A stretch of DNA of 58,229 nt, from positions 1-58,229 of the forward strand of contig JBDTEF010000006.1 of the NCBI GenBank assembly GCA_039922615.1, given 5' to 3'. Of the stretch, positions 9,831 to 20,547 are shown piece by piece. A program made the position numbers and the translations under genes. The notes below the pieces were generated by a model. It had not been told where the DNA came from and searched no databases. It was given only the letters and a program-made list of their open reading frames with translations. How positions within the stretch are numbered: position 1 is the stretch's first letter; each line of letters opens with the position of its first letter. The DNA is from Ginsengibacter sp. (GTDB lineage: Bacteria; Bacteroidota; Bacteroidia; Chitinophagales; Chitinophagaceae).

Positions 9831-10439
9831 ATGAAACTTTCAAAAACGGTAAAAAATGCCTCTGTTGCATTTCTATTTATTTCTTCTTTTTATTTGATAT
9901 CGTGTAATAGCACTACAAACAGAGATTCCTCAAAAGATTCAGTAGCTATGGTCACGAATAAAATGGATACTTCCCGCGCAGTTTTTACAAATGTACATGC
10001 AGAGGCAATGCTTTCAGGTACAGTAGCAGATACTTCATTAGAAGGAAAAGCTATTTTTGATGTAGTTGATAGCAAAGTAAAAATGTCATTAGACATTTTG
10101 GTTCCTAAAATGGCAAATAAAAGTGTAGCAGTTCATATACATGAGCATGGTGCATGTGGAGACATGGGAAAAGATGCCCACGGGCATTGGAACCCAACCA
10201 ATCAACAGCATGGCAAATGGGGAGAGGGTAGTTTCCATTTAGGTGATATTGGAAACGTAACACTGGATGCAAATGGCAAAGGACATATGGATTTGGAAAC
10301 AAATCTTTGGACACTCGGCGGAGATTCAACTTCTAATATTATGGGACGTGCAATAATTGTTCACGGAGGAATGGACGATTTCAAAACCCAACCTACCGGT
10401 AATGCAGGTTCCAGGATAGGCTGTGGTGTAATTCAATAG
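9831..10439 (+). CDS. sodC: Cu/Zn superoxide dismutase, lipoprotein
   Basis: Lipobox LISC; metal ligands in HIHE, GHWNP, HGKW, HLGDIGN and IVHG; C-terminal GSRIGCGVI. Confidence 0.93.
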   Translation: MKLSKTVKNASVAFLFISSFYLISCNSTTNRDSSKDSVAMVTNKMDTSRAVFTNVHAEAMLSGTVADTSLEGKAIFDVVDSKVKMSLDILVPKMANKSVAVHIHEHGACGDMGKDAHGHWNPTNQQHGKWGEGSFHLGDIGNVTLDANGKGHMDLETNLWTLGGDSTSNIMGRAIIVHGGMDDFKTQPTGNAGSRIGCGVIQ

Positions 10440-10493
10440 ATTGTGGTCAATAATAGGCAAAAACTATTATTTTTTATAATCAGAAAAATACTT

Positions 10494-10536
10494 AAAAGGA
10501 TGAATGTTGTTTACTAAATCAACATTTATCCTTTTT
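10494..10536 (+). terminator. Intrinsic terminator after sodC
   Basis: aaaaggatgaatgttg-tttactaaat-caacatttatccttttt. Confidence 0.75.
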
Positions 10537-10568
10537 ATTTTCCCGGCTATTTTGGTTTCTTAATTTTT

Positions 10569-10583
10569 CGGAACAGTTTCTGT
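10569..10583 (+). promoter_or_regulatory. Putative sigma54-like element
   Basis: CGGAACAGTTTCTGT (GG-N10-GT), 13 nt before ATG 10597. Confidence 0.35.
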
Positions 10584-10596
10584 TTAATCTTTTACC

Positions 10597-11592
10597 ATGG
10601 ATTCCCCTCTCATTCAATTTACAGCTAAAGGATTATACTGTCCCAAGGGTGATTTTTATATTGACCCATGGCTCCCTGTAAATAAAGCCATTATAACGCA
10701 TGCACATAGTGACCATGCCAGGCCAGGTAGCAACTATTATTTATGCCATACATTCTCAAAACCATTGTTAGAAGCACGACTTGGTGACCATTATTATGAA
10801 ACAGTAGGATGGAATGAGCCGGTTGTAATAAATGGCGTTAAAGTTTCGCTTCACCCGGCAGGGCACATTATAGGCTCTTCCCAGGTTAGAATAGAATATA
10901 ATAATGAAGTTTGGGTATTTAGTGGCGATTATAAAGTAGAGAATGATGGAATAAGTGGTGTTTTTGAACCAGTAAAATGTAATGTATTTATTACCGAATC
11001 TACTTTCGGTTTGCCCATATATAAATGGCAACCCCAGGCAGAAATATATAATGACATCAGGGAATGGATAATGGCTAATAAGGCAAAAGGAAAAGCCAGT
11101 GTATTATTGGCTTATAGTTTGGGAAAAGCGCAACGTTTATTAAATGCGCTGATGCCATTCAATGAAACCATTTATCTGCACGGTGCGGTATGGAACATGC
11201 AACAGGCATTGTTATCAACCGGATTCGCAGGTCCTTTAATTGAAAGAGTTACGCCGGAAACGCCAAAAGAAAAATTTAAAAACAGCATTATCATAGCGCC
11301 CGGCAGCGCCGACGGTACACCGTGGATGAAAAAATTTGAGCCATATGCTGTAGCTTCCTGCAGCGGTTGGATGCAGGTGAGGGGAAATGTGCGAAGAAGA
11401 AATGCAGATGCAGGTTTCGTATTAAGTGATCACGCAGATTGGCCGGGCCTTTTATCAGCAGTGAAAGCAACCGAGGCTGAAAAAGTTTATGTTACCCATG
11501 GTTTCCAGGCTGCCTTTAGCAGGTATCTAAACGAAATAGGAATTGAAAGTGGTGAAGTGAAAACTGAATATGGCGAGGAACAGGAAGCATAA
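10597..11592 (+). CDS. Ligase-associated DNA damage response exonuclease (metallo-beta-lactamase/beta-CASP)
   Basis: THAHSDH, PAGHIIGS, SGDYK, ESTFGLP, YSLGKAQR, SDHADW and VTHG motifs; adjacent to an ATP-dependent ligase. Confidence 0.92.
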   Translation: MDSPLIQFTAKGLYCPKGDFYIDPWLPVNKAIITHAHSDHARPGSNYYLCHTFSKPLLEARLGDHYYETVGWNEPVVINGVKVSLHPAGHIIGSSQVRIEYNNEVWVFSGDYKVENDGISGVFEPVKCNVFITESTFGLPIYKWQPQAEIYNDIREWIMANKAKGKASVLLAYSLGKAQRLLNALMPFNETIYLHGAVWNMQQALLSTGFAGPLIERVTPETPKEKFKNSIIIAPGSADGTPWMKKFEPYAVASCSGWMQVRGNVRRRNADAGFVLSDHADWPGLLSAVKATEAEKVYVTHGFQAAFSRYLNEIGIESGEVKTEYGEEQEA

Positions 11593-11673
11593 AAATGAAT
11601 TAACCAATTATAAAAACAATACCGGTGGGACCAATATTTAATACGAAAATTTTTAATGGACTAAAAAAAATTT

Positions 11674-13272
11674 ATGGATAAGTTTGCATTGCTCATTAAA
11701 AAAATAGGTACATCTACTAAAACAAATGATAAAATAGATGCACTGGTAAAATATTTTTCTGAGGCAAATGATGAAGATAAAGTTTGGGTCATCGCATTAT
11801 TCAGCGGTCGACGTCCCAAAAGAATTGCAAGTGGATCTTTATTAGCCGGATGGTGTTGCGAAATAATCAATTTACCTTATTGGCTATTTGAAGAAAGTTA
11901 CCATACTGTTGGTGACTTAGGCGAAACCATCGCGCTTCTTCTGCCAATTCATGATGAGCAAAATTCCTCTAACGAGAGCCTGTCATTTCTGCTCAAAAAA
12001 ATAATTTCTTTAGATAAAGCAGAGGAATCAGTAAAGAAAAAATTCGTAGTTGATTGCTGGATGATGATGAATACACTGGAACGATTTGTCTTTAATAAAT
12101 TACTGTCAGGATCCTTTCGAATTGGCGTTTCTCAAAAAACAATTATTAACGCTTTGGCAAAAATAATCGATTCAAATCCATCCGAAATAGCACATAAAAT
12201 AAGTGGAAATTGGGATCCGGAAAAAATTAAATTTGATGAATTATTAGGCGAAAATTCACTGAATGTTGACCATTCAAAACCGTATCCTTTCTTTTTATCG
12301 CATGCACTTCCCGATATACCTTCTTCTCTGGGTGCACCCATAGAATGGCAGGCCGAATGGAAGTGGGATGGTATTCGTGGCCAGATCATTAAGAGAAATG
12401 ACGAGCTTTTTGTCTGGAGCAGGGGAGAAGAATTAATGACCGACAAGTTTCCGGAATACAATAGCCTAAAGGATTTGCTGCCAAATGGGACAGTCATTGA
12501 TGGAGAAATTATTCCTATTGAAAATGGTAAAGTTTTGCCATTTGCCGTGCTTCAAACAAGAATAGGTAGAAAAAATTTAAGCAGGAAGATTCTGGCGGAC
12601 GCTCCAATCGGATTTATAGCTTACGATCTGTTAGAGTGGGAAGGTGAAGATTTTAGAAACAGGCCACTATCCGAAAGGAGAAAATATTTAGAGAAAATTG
12701 TTGGAGCCGTCAACAATGATTTTTTCATATTATCTGCTATCATAGCTTTTAATAATTGGGATGAGCTTACAACAATCAGGGAAAGCTCCCGGGTGCAAAG
12801 TGCAGAAGGATTAATGTTGAAAAGGAAAAATTCAGTATACCGTGCCGGTAGAAAAACGGGTGATTGGTGGAAATGGAAAATAGATCCTTTGACCATTGAC
12901 GCAGTGATGATTTACGCACAAAAAGGAGCTGGCAGGAGAAGTAATTTATATACTGATTATACATTTGCTGTAAGAGATGGAGAAAAGCTGGTCACTTTTG
13001 CAAAAGCCTATTCCGGGTTAACCGACAAAGAATTTGCACAGGTAGATTCATTCGTAAAAAGAAATTCTCTAGAAAAATTTGGTCCTGTTCGAACAGTGAA
13101 ACCTGAGTTGGTATTTGAGATAGCATTCGAAGGTATTGCTGAAAGCAAACGTCACAAAAGCGGTGTGGCGCTGCGGTTCCCGAGGATGAGCAGATGGAGA
13201 AAAGATAAAAGAGTAGAAGATATAAATACAGTAGAAGACCTGAAGGAAATGCTTCAGATTTATGGAAAATAG
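11674..13272 (+). CDS. ATP-dependent DNA ligase (LigB-like, damage-response type)
   Basis: Motif I EWKWDGIR (KxDG), DGE, YDLL, EGLMLK, WWKWK; OB-fold ALRFPR. Confidence 0.95.
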   Translation: MDKFALLIKKIGTSTKTNDKIDALVKYFSEANDEDKVWVIALFSGRRPKRIASGSLLAGWCCEIINLPYWLFEESYHTVGDLGETIALLLPIHDEQNSSNESLSFLLKKIISLDKAEESVKKKFVVDCWMMMNTLERFVFNKLLSGSFRIGVSQKTIINALAKIIDSNPSEIAHKISGNWDPEKIKFDELLGENSLNVDHSKPYPFFLSHALPDIPSSLGAPIEWQAEWKWDGIRGQIIKRNDELFVWSRGEELMTDKFPEYNSLKDLLPNGTVIDGEIIPIENGKVLPFAVLQTRIGRKNLSRKILADAPIGFIAYDLLEWEGEDFRNRPLSERRKYLEKIVGAVNNDFFILSAIIAFNNWDELTTIRESSRVQSAEGLMLKRKNSVYRAGRKTGDWWKWKIDPLTIDAVMIYAQKGAGRRSNLYTDYTFAVRDGEKLVTFAKAYSGLTDKEFAQVDSFVKRNSLEKFGPVRTVKPELVFEIAFEGIAESKRHKSGVALRFPRMSRWRKDKRVEDINTVEDLKEMLQIYGK

Positions 13273-13401
13273 GAAGGTCTCTGAATCATACTTACAATGA
13301 ATACTTTTCAATTTATCTCAATAATTTGCTCAAATTTTTTTTGCCATATCATTCATTGATATCATGAAAGTAATTTTATTGTAATTTTTTATAAACCATT
13401 T

Positions 13402-13782
13402 ATGGAAGAAATTAAGAAAGTTGCCAGCCCAAGTGATCACCTTGCTAATGAACGTACCTACCTGGCGTGGATAAGAACAAGCATTGGCATAATGGTTTTT
13501 GGATTTGTCGTAGTAAAATTCTCCATATTCGTAAGGCAGGTTTCTTTGCTATTGGGAAAAGAACATATAATTCATCCTCCAAAAGATTCAGGCCCATTAG
13601 GAATTTCCTTTGTAATCCTTGGAACTATGGCGATTATACTCTCTTACATGCGCTACCAAAATGCTAAAAAACAATTGGAAATGGGTATCTATCAGCAATC
13701 TTCGTTTCTAATTAAAGTGATGACCTTACTTATTTTTTTTGTTAGTTTATTTCTGATCATTTATTTATTTCAAACGATGTAA
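13402..13782 (+). CDS. YidH/DUF202 family membrane protein
   Basis: DHLANERTYLAWIRT signature, 3 TM helices. Confidence 0.9.
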   Translation: MEEIKKVASPSDHLANERTYLAWIRTSIGIMVFGFVVVKFSIFVRQVSLLLGKEHIIHPPKDSGPLGISFVILGTMAIILSYMRYQNAKKQLEMGIYQQSSFLIKVMTLLIFFVSLFLIIYLFQTM

Positions 13783-14110
13783 ATTTTTCATTCTGAAAAA
13801 ACTATTTATTTTTTGTTGCGCTTTTCTTTGTCCTATAAGTGAATGATGAACAGCAAACACAAAAGAAATTATTTGATTTTCTAAAATGAAATAACCACAT
13901 TTTACAAGAAAATTTATGGTATCATTTAAAAGAATTTAGCATGTAAAACCGGGGGAGAAGTATTATAGTCAATTTGTAATCCCGATACCTTAAATAAATT
14001 TCTTTACTAATCAGCTTTGCATAGATTACAAAATTAAAATTATCTTGATTGTAATTAACTCTTAGAATTTTATTTTAACTTGCGACTCTATCCAAAAATC
14101 ATTTCACTAA

Positions 14111-17100
14111 ATGAGAAAAGCCTTTTTTTGCTTCTTTTCAATCCTGTGCACGCTTTTTTCATTTGGACAAAGTATAACGCCTGCGGGAACATCAAATATT
14201 TGTGAAGGCGGTTCCATTGTACTGGCAGTTGACCCCGGATTGGGTTCTCCTACTACCTACCAATGGTTGTTAGATTCCATTCCAATTAAAGGAGCGAATA
14301 AGTTTAACTACACAGCATCCCTACCTGGCAACTATTCTGTTATTTTAGACCAGGGAATGAATACCGAGGAGTTACTGCTTTATGTAACTGTAATTGTAAA
14401 TAAAATTCCTGTTGCGAATTTTACGTCAGATTTTGCATCCGGTTCCTGCGGAAATGAACCGGTAAATTTTAAAGACAAATCTACTGACGCAGTTATATAT
14501 TCATGGGATTTTGGCGATCCGCAATCTTTAGGGAATAATACATCAACTGATCCAAATCCTACACATCGGTTTGTAGGGACTGGTGGTATCGGTACAGAAA
14601 ATTTTACGATCACACTTACAGTAAGTAGTGCGGAGGGCAATTGCAAGGATGTGAAGAAAATGACCATAACGGCAAAACAATCACCAGATGCTAATTTGGG
14701 TGGTACGGGTTATAGACTTTTTCAAAATTTGCCGGGTTTTACAAGTTGCGGTAATCAGACCTCCGATAATTTTACGTTTACAAATTTGTCTTCTACAAAA
14801 GCGACCAATAAAAGTTATCGCATTATCTGGGGAGACGGTACACCTGATTTTATTTCTCCTACTTTTGCAGTTGACAAATCCCATAAATACCTTGCCGGCA
14901 ATTATACCTTGGAATTTATAATCGATGGCGAAAATGGTTGTACAATTAAGACAGATTACAACGTGTTTATCGGTAACAACCCTATCATTTCTTTGGGTGG
15001 CCCACCTGATGATGCTGTTTGTGCAGGCACTCCCTTGAAATTCACGATTGGACAAACGGAAAATAATCCATTAGGTACAAGATATGTGATATCATTTGGC
15101 GATGGATCTAAACCAATGGTTTATTCGCAAACTACTGTTCCACCTGATATCCTTCACACTTTTTTGAAAACAAGTTGCGGAGTTACATCAGGAATTTATA
15201 AAAATGCCTACGAAGCGATCATCATCGCATCAAATCCTTGTAAGGTGCAGGAAGCTGTGGTAAGACCTATTTATGTATCTGAAAAACCAAAACCTTCAAT
15301 TGGTCTATCTCCCGGTAAATATGTTTGTCCCAATACTACTGTCAAATTAAGTAATAACACCATTGGTAATGGCGTAGAAAATGGAACATGCTCCAGTGGA
15401 ATTCCCGTATGGACAATTACACCATCAACGGGATGGACGCTTGTTAGTGGCACATTCGGAAATGATAATGGTTCCAATACTGTATCGAAGTGGATACCGG
15501 GAGATAATAAATTGCAGCTTGTATTTACTGAAGTTGGTACCTACAAAGTTAGAATGAGAGTAGGTAGTACACAATGCGGCGTGGATGAGGATAATATTGA
15601 AATTTGTGTAAATCCACCACCCACAGCTTCTTTTACTACGAATGTAGCTGAAGGTTGCGGGCCTTTAATTGTAAGGACTTCCACTAAAACAAATAAGCCG
15701 TTATGTGGCGAGAATACTTATCAATGGACTGTGGATTATACGCCACCTGTAAATTGCGGCGAATTCAGTTCGTTATACGAATATGCAAATGGATCTTCTG
15801 AAATATCTGCACAACCGGTTTTCAAATTAATTAATCCGGGCGTTTATACAATTGGGGTAATCGTTTCAAGTTCTAACGGTCAATGCTCTACACAAAAAAT
15901 ATTTAAAACAATTACAGTAAAGGGTAATCCCGCTGCAGAATTGAGTGGTGTAAATGCTACCATTTGCGGTAATGGTTCAATTATTCCAATCATAGATGTA
16001 CGTTGTTTTGAAGATGCCGGTACTACATTCCTGTGGTCTTTTCCGGGTGGTAATCCGGTCACTTCAGATAAAAAGAGTCCTGGCACTATTACGTACAAAA
16101 CCCAGGGAAATTTTATTGTATCGGTAGCGGTAACCAATGCATGTGGTGTTTCTAATTTTACAGCGCCTTTAGCTGTAAATCCTATACCGTTGATAGGCAC
16201 CATCAGTTCCAAAAGTCCTGACAGGTGTGACCAGGATAATGGATCAATCAAATTGTCCGGGCTTGCTAAAAATACCTCCTTCTCTACCTATTTTTTATTC
16301 AATGGAATAGCTGATACGGTATTGATTGTATCAAATGCAAGTGGTGAAGTTATTTTATCAGGTTTAGGTGCGGGCATATATAGCGACATATTTGTAGAAA
16401 CTGGTGGTTGTAAATCTGTTCTCGCAGGCCCTGTTACTTTAGTGAAACCACCCCTGGCAATACCTGATTTTGACCTGGACCCAACCAATGCTTGTGGACC
16501 TGTAAAAGTTCGTTTCACCAATAACACGGCTAATCTTACTTCCTTCCAATATAAATGGGATTTTGGAACAGGTAAGGATTCTTCCAATTTATCAAAACCT
16601 GCAGATGTAACATTTTATCCCGGAACTGCCGGCCAGGATACCACCTATATTGTAAAATTGACAGCGGGAGTTCCTACTTGTGAAGTAACAACAATCGAAA
16701 AAAGTGTTACTGTCAGGTCAAGACCCATACCATTCTTTTCCCCGGACAAATCAACAGGCTGTTCTCCTTTTATTGTAACTTTTACGAACGTATCTAAAGG
16801 ACTTACCACCAAATACTATTGGGATTTTGGTGATGGAACTAAGCTTGAAACAGATAAAGCAGATATGCAGCAACATACCTTTACCACAACCATTGATAGG
16901 GTTTACCCTGTGCAATTAATTGCAGAAAATAGCTGTGGAAAAGACACCTTCAAACTGGATATACAAGTAGCACCGAATTCCATCAATCTAAATATTGCTT
17001 TGAATGGCCCGGATCATATTGGATGTGTTCCTCATACTGTAACGGTTTATAATAATTCTGCCGGTGGTTCTTCTTTTAATTGGGATTTTGGTGATGGCAC

Positions 17101-18724
17101 TACCCAAAGTACTACCAAAAACCAGGACTCTGTAAAACATACTTACCTAAAAGAAGGTAAATATACAATCACCCTTAATGGAGTGAATAGCTGTTCCCAA
17201 AAAAGTACAACTGATTATGTTGAAGTATTTCCATCTCCAACGGCTGCCTTCATTGCGGATAAATATAAGAGTTGCACCAACCAGGAAATTACTTTCACCA
17301 ATCAATCAATTTCCGCCACTTCTTATAAATGGGATTTCGGCGATAATACTACATCAGATCAGAATGAACCTTCCCACGCTTATGCTACACCAGGATTTTA
17401 TAGAGTAATTTTAACTGCAAACAGGGTGAACGGTCCTACCAGCACTTGTTCTGAGACAACTGAAAAAATAATCGAGGTAACGGCACCGAGTGTAGCTATT
17501 GTTGGCGACGATAACAATTGTACCAATGTACCTTTGGTGTTTGTTTCAAATGTATCTTCAAAAGACCAGATCACTGAGACGGTTTGGGAATTGTCCAATG
17601 GAGCTACAGGAAGTGGTCAGAATTTTGAATATTCATTTGTAGAAGCGGGCGATTATACCCTTAAGCTTACCGCTACTAATTCTATAGGTTGTTCAGGTTC
17701 TACTACCCAACAAATCAAAATAGATCCTCAGCCAGTATTGAAAACAAGCGCTGACGTGGTGATCTGCCAGGGTAAATCAACCACGCTTAATGTATCCGGT
17801 GCTTCTTCCTACCAATGGTCGCCTTCTTTAAGTTTAAATTGCACCGATTGTGCAAGCCCCGTTGCCTCCCCTCAAATTTCTACTCCTTATTTAGTGAGAG
17901 GTACCAACAGTTTTAAATGTACAGCAACTGAGACTGTTCTTGTAACAGTAATTGAACCTTTCACACTTTCTACTTCCCTTAATGATTCAATATGTGAAGG
18001 GCAGTCAGTTACATTGCGTGTAAGTGGCACTGACAAATACATATGGGCGCCTGCGCAAAGTCTTGATGACAATTTATCCGCAAATCCGATAGCCAATCCA
18101 AAAATAACAACCACGTATCTTGTAACAGGTTATGATTCTTACAGTTGTTTTTCCAGTACAGCCCAGGTAAAAGTTTCTGTTGGAGAAAAACCAACTATCG
18201 ATTTGGGTCCGGACAGGATAGAAGCTGCAGGTACAGTAATTCCATTAACGGTTAAAACGAATGGCGTACCTATAAAAAGTTATTTGTGGTCTCCTTCAGA
18301 TAATTTGGATTGTGCAGATTGTCCTAATCCGAATGCGACTATCAAAAAGAATATTTCGTATTCCTTATTGGTTACTTCTGCATTCGGCTGCGAAGCCACA
18401 GACATCATCAATATTAAATCCATTTGTGAAAATACACAGGTTTTCATTCCAAATACATTTACACCTGATGGCGATGGATTAAATGATATTTTAATGATTA
18501 GAGGAAGAGGAATAGCCCGCGTAAAATCATTCAGGATATTTAACCGCTTAGGAGAAATAGTTTTTGAAAAGACCGATTTTCCGGCAAATGAACCTTCATA
18601 TGGTTGGGATGGCAGAGTAAGAGGAATTGTTGGTGAGCCGGCAGTTTATGTTTATACCGCCGAGGTGATCTGTGAGAATGGACTTTCATTCATTTATAAA
18701 GGAAATATTACTATTTTAAAATAA
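14111..18724 (+). CDS. PKD-repeat surface protein with T9SS type-B (gliding motility-associated) C-terminal domain
   Basis: Signal peptide; many WDFGDG PKD repeats; C-terminal IPNTFTPDGDGLND...IFNRLG...WDG...GNITILK. Confidence 0.9.
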   Translation: MRKAFFCFFSILCTLFSFGQSITPAGTSNICEGGSIVLAVDPGLGSPTTYQWLLDSIPIKGANKFNYTASLPGNYSVILDQGMNTEELLLYVTVIVNKIPVANFTSDFASGSCGNEPVNFKDKSTDAVIYSWDFGDPQSLGNNTSTDPNPTHRFVGTGGIGTENFTITLTVSSAEGNCKDVKKMTITAKQSPDANLGGTGYRLFQNLPGFTSCGNQTSDNFTFTNLSSTKATNKSYRIIWGDGTPDFISPTFAVDKSHKYLAGNYTLEFIIDGENGCTIKTDYNVFIGNNPIISLGGPPDDAVCAGTPLKFTIGQTENNPLGTRYVISFGDGSKPMVYSQTTVPPDILHTFLKTSCGVTSGIYKNAYEAIIIASNPCKVQEAVVRPIYVSEKPKPSIGLSPGKYVCPNTTVKLSNNTIGNGVENGTCSSGIPVWTITPSTGWTLVSGTFGNDNGSNTVSKWIPGDNKLQLVFTEVGTYKVRMRVGSTQCGVDEDNIEICVNPPPTASFTTNVAEGCGPLIVRTSTKTNKPLCGENTYQWTVDYTPPVNCGEFSSLYEYANGSSEISAQPVFKLINPGVYTIGVIVSSSNGQCSTQKIFKTITVKGNPAAELSGVNATICGNGSIIPIIDVRCFEDAGTTFLWSFPGGNPVTSDKKSPGTITYKTQGNFIVSVAVTNACGVSNFTAPLAVNPIPLIGTISSKSPDRCDQDNGSIKLSGLAKNTSFSTYFLFNGIADTVLIVSNASGEVILSGLGAGIYSDIFVETGGCKSVLAGPVTLVKPPLAIPDFDLDPTNACGPVKVRFTNNTANLTSFQYKWDFGTGKDSSNLSKPADVTFYPGTAGQDTTYIVKLTAGVPTCEVTTIEKSVTVRSRPIPFFSPDKSTGCSPFIVTFTNVSKGLTTKYYWDFGDGTKLETDKADMQQHTFTTTIDRVYPVQLIAENSCGKDTFKLDIQVAPNSINLNIALNGPDHIGCVPHTVTVYNNSAGGSSFNWDFGDGTTQSTTKNQDSVKHTYLKEGKYTITLNGVNSCSQKSTTDYVEVFPSPTAAFIADKYKSCTNQEITFTNQSISATSYKWDFGDNTTSDQNEPSHAYATPGFYRVILTANRVNGPTSTCSETTEKIIEVTAPSVAIVGDDNNCTNVPLVFVSNVSSKDQITETVWELSNGATGSGQNFEYSFVEAGDYTLKLTATNSIGCSGSTTQQIKIDPQPVLKTSADVVICQGKSTTLNVSGASSYQWSPSLSLNCTDCASPVASPQISTPYLVRGTNSFKCTATETVLVTVIEPFTLSTSLNDSICEGQSVTLRVSGTDKYIWAPAQSLDDNLSANPIANPKITTTYLVTGYDSYSCFSSTAQVKVSVGEKPTIDLGPDRIEAAGTVIPLTVKTNGVPIKSYLWSPSDNLDCADCPNPNATIKKNISYSLLVTSAFGCEATDIINIKSICENTQVFIPNTFTPDGDGLNDILMIRGRGIARVKSFRIFNRLGEIVFEKTDFPANEPSYGWDGRVRGIVGEPAVYVYTAEVICENGLSFIYKGNITILK

Positions 18725-18728
18725 GAAC

Positions 18729-19757
18729 ATGCGTTTTCATATAAGAATATTTTTGGTTTTTATTTCATTCACAAGTATTAAAATGGGGTATTCGCAGGAT
18801 ATCAATTTTTCTCAATTTTATGAAATGCCGCTTCTTAGAAATCCTGCACTTGCCGGTATTTTTGCAGGAGATTTCAGGGTAACTGCAGCCTATAGAAACC
18901 AATGGCAGAGTGTAACTACGCCTTACCAGACACAAGCGTTGGGGATAGAATTTAAAAAATCGCTGGGAGAAAATTCTGATGATTTCCTTACGCTCGGTTT
19001 ACAGATAACCAATGACAAGGCAGGTGATTCTAAATTGAGCAAAACACAGGTTTTGCCGGTCCTCAATTTTCATAAATCAATAAATGGTGATCGGGATACC
19101 TACATTTCTGCTGGTATTATGGCTGGTGCGGTGCAACAACGTTTTGATCCTACCAAACTTACTTTCGACGATCAGTACACAGGTGGCACTTTTGATATGA
19201 CCAATCCTACAAAGCAGATTTTTGATCAAACGAATGTTAGTTATTTGGATATGGCTGCCGGTTTATCTTTCAGTAGTGTAATCGGAAGTGATATTCGGTA
19301 TTATGTGGGTCTTGGTTTATTTCATTTTACCAGGCCAAAAGTTGCTTTTACACCTGCAAACGATGTAACCCTTAATCAGAAATGGGTGGTGAATATGGGT
19401 GTATCTGCTCCCGTAAGTGACTATGACAGGGTAATTTTATACGGTGATTATTTTACCCAGGGTGGAAACAGGCTTATCCAGGGAGGGTTTTTATATAGTC
19501 ATGATTTTGTTGTGTATGATGATGATGATAAAATATCGATGGCGGCAGGAGGATTTTACAGGTGGAATGATGCAATTATACCAGTAGTAAGATTTGATTA
19601 TTATAACCTGGGCATAGGTGTTAGCTATGATGTAAATGTAAGCAAACTGTCAAAGGCTTCCCAGCTGCGCGGTGGGGTAGAAGTTACGCTATCCTATAAA
19701 ACGTATTTAAATATTGTAAACACCTCATTGAATAAAGTAAGGTGTGTTCAATTTTAA
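18729..19757 (+). CDS. PorP/SprF family T9SS outer-membrane protein
   Basis: QDINFSQFY...NPALAG...YRNQW, SYD; 4 nt after a type-B CTD cargo gene. Confidence 0.9.
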   Translation: MRFHIRIFLVFISFTSIKMGYSQDINFSQFYEMPLLRNPALAGIFAGDFRVTAAYRNQWQSVTTPYQTQALGIEFKKSLGENSDDFLTLGLQITNDKAGDSKLSKTQVLPVLNFHKSINGDRDTYISAGIMAGAVQQRFDPTKLTFDDQYTGGTFDMTNPTKQIFDQTNVSYLDMAAGLSFSSVIGSDIRYYVGLGLFHFTRPKVAFTPANDVTLNQKWVVNMGVSAPVSDYDRVILYGDYFTQGGNRLIQGGFLYSHDFVVYDDDDKISMAAGGFYRWNDAIIPVVRFDYYNLGIGVSYDVNVSKLSKASQLRGGVEVTLSYKTYLNIVNTSLNKVRCVQF

Positions 19758-19838
19758 ATTCATCATTTCAGCATCATTCGAATTGATGAATGTGGGTTAA
19801 AGTTGAAGGATTCTTAAAAAAAATACATCAAAAATTAA

Positions 19839-20003
19839 ATGGATAATTATATATTAATAACAGTGATCTCCGGCCTGGTTATCCTTGCAGGCCTTGGTGT
19901 TACTATCGTTGGAATTGTTCGCAAAAGAAAATTATGGATTGCATTGGGCGTAGGCATCGCAATGGTTCCTACTATCCTTTCCTGGATTTTTAAATTGTTT
20001 TAA
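19839..20003 (+). CDS. Small 2-TM membrane protein (54 aa), below the ORF-track cutoff
   Basis: MDNYILITVISGLVILAGLGVTIVGIVRKRKLWIALGVGIAMVPTILSWIFKLF; two hydrophobic helices around RKRK; A-rich leader with A at -3. Confidence 0.7.
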   Translation: MDNYILITVISGLVILAGLGVTIVGIVRKRKLWIALGVGIAMVPTILSWIFKLF

Positions 20004-20136
20004 TTGGATTAGAAAACCGTTTAAAAAATGGCGGTACCTTCCTTCTTCTAATAAAATCTTTTTCCCACTTCTTAGAGAATTTTGATAGATGGTTGGATAA
20101 TGCTGTCAGCCTAAAATTTTGTGGATGACTAAAATT

Positions 20137-20171
20137 AAAAAGAGACGATTTTTTTCGAAATCAGCCTCCTT
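20137..20171 (-). terminator. Probable intrinsic terminator after the DUF1456 gene
   Basis: Minus strand gaggctgattt-cgaaaa-aaatcgtctc-ttttt, imperfect stem plus U tract. Confidence 0.5.
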
Positions 20172-20216
20172 ACTTTTCACATTATCAATAAACCCTTTAA
20201 GAATGAAAATGACTTA

Positions 20217-20462
20217 TCATTTATCATCTACCTTCCTTGGTTCTTCTAATTTCCCCCTCTTATAAATAATCAACCCATTCAAAAAATTACGAAGTATTTG
20301 ATCCTGCGCTTCCACATATCCGGGTTGGCCTTCATTCCTAAAAAGATCCCCCAATGCTCCCTTGGTGATTTCGAAATCCACCAATGATAAAATATGAATG
20401 ATGTCTTCATTTCTCAATGAGAGCGCAACACGTAATTTTTTTAAAATATCATTATTTGTCAT
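20217..20462 (-). CDS. DUF1456 (YehS) family protein, single-domain form
   Basis: MTNNDILKKLRVAL...DQILRNFLNGLIIYKRG. Confidence 0.85.
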   Translation of the reverse strand: MTNNDILKKLRVALSLRNEDIIHILSLVDFEITKGALGDLFRNEGQPGYVEAQDQILRNFLNGLIIYKRGKLEEPRKVDDK

Positions 20463-20547
20463 AAACTATTTTTTCATTCAGCAAGGTTTCTTTTGAAAAA
20501 CCTGGTTATTGATATAGGTATTATTTATTAAAGATATACTATCACCA

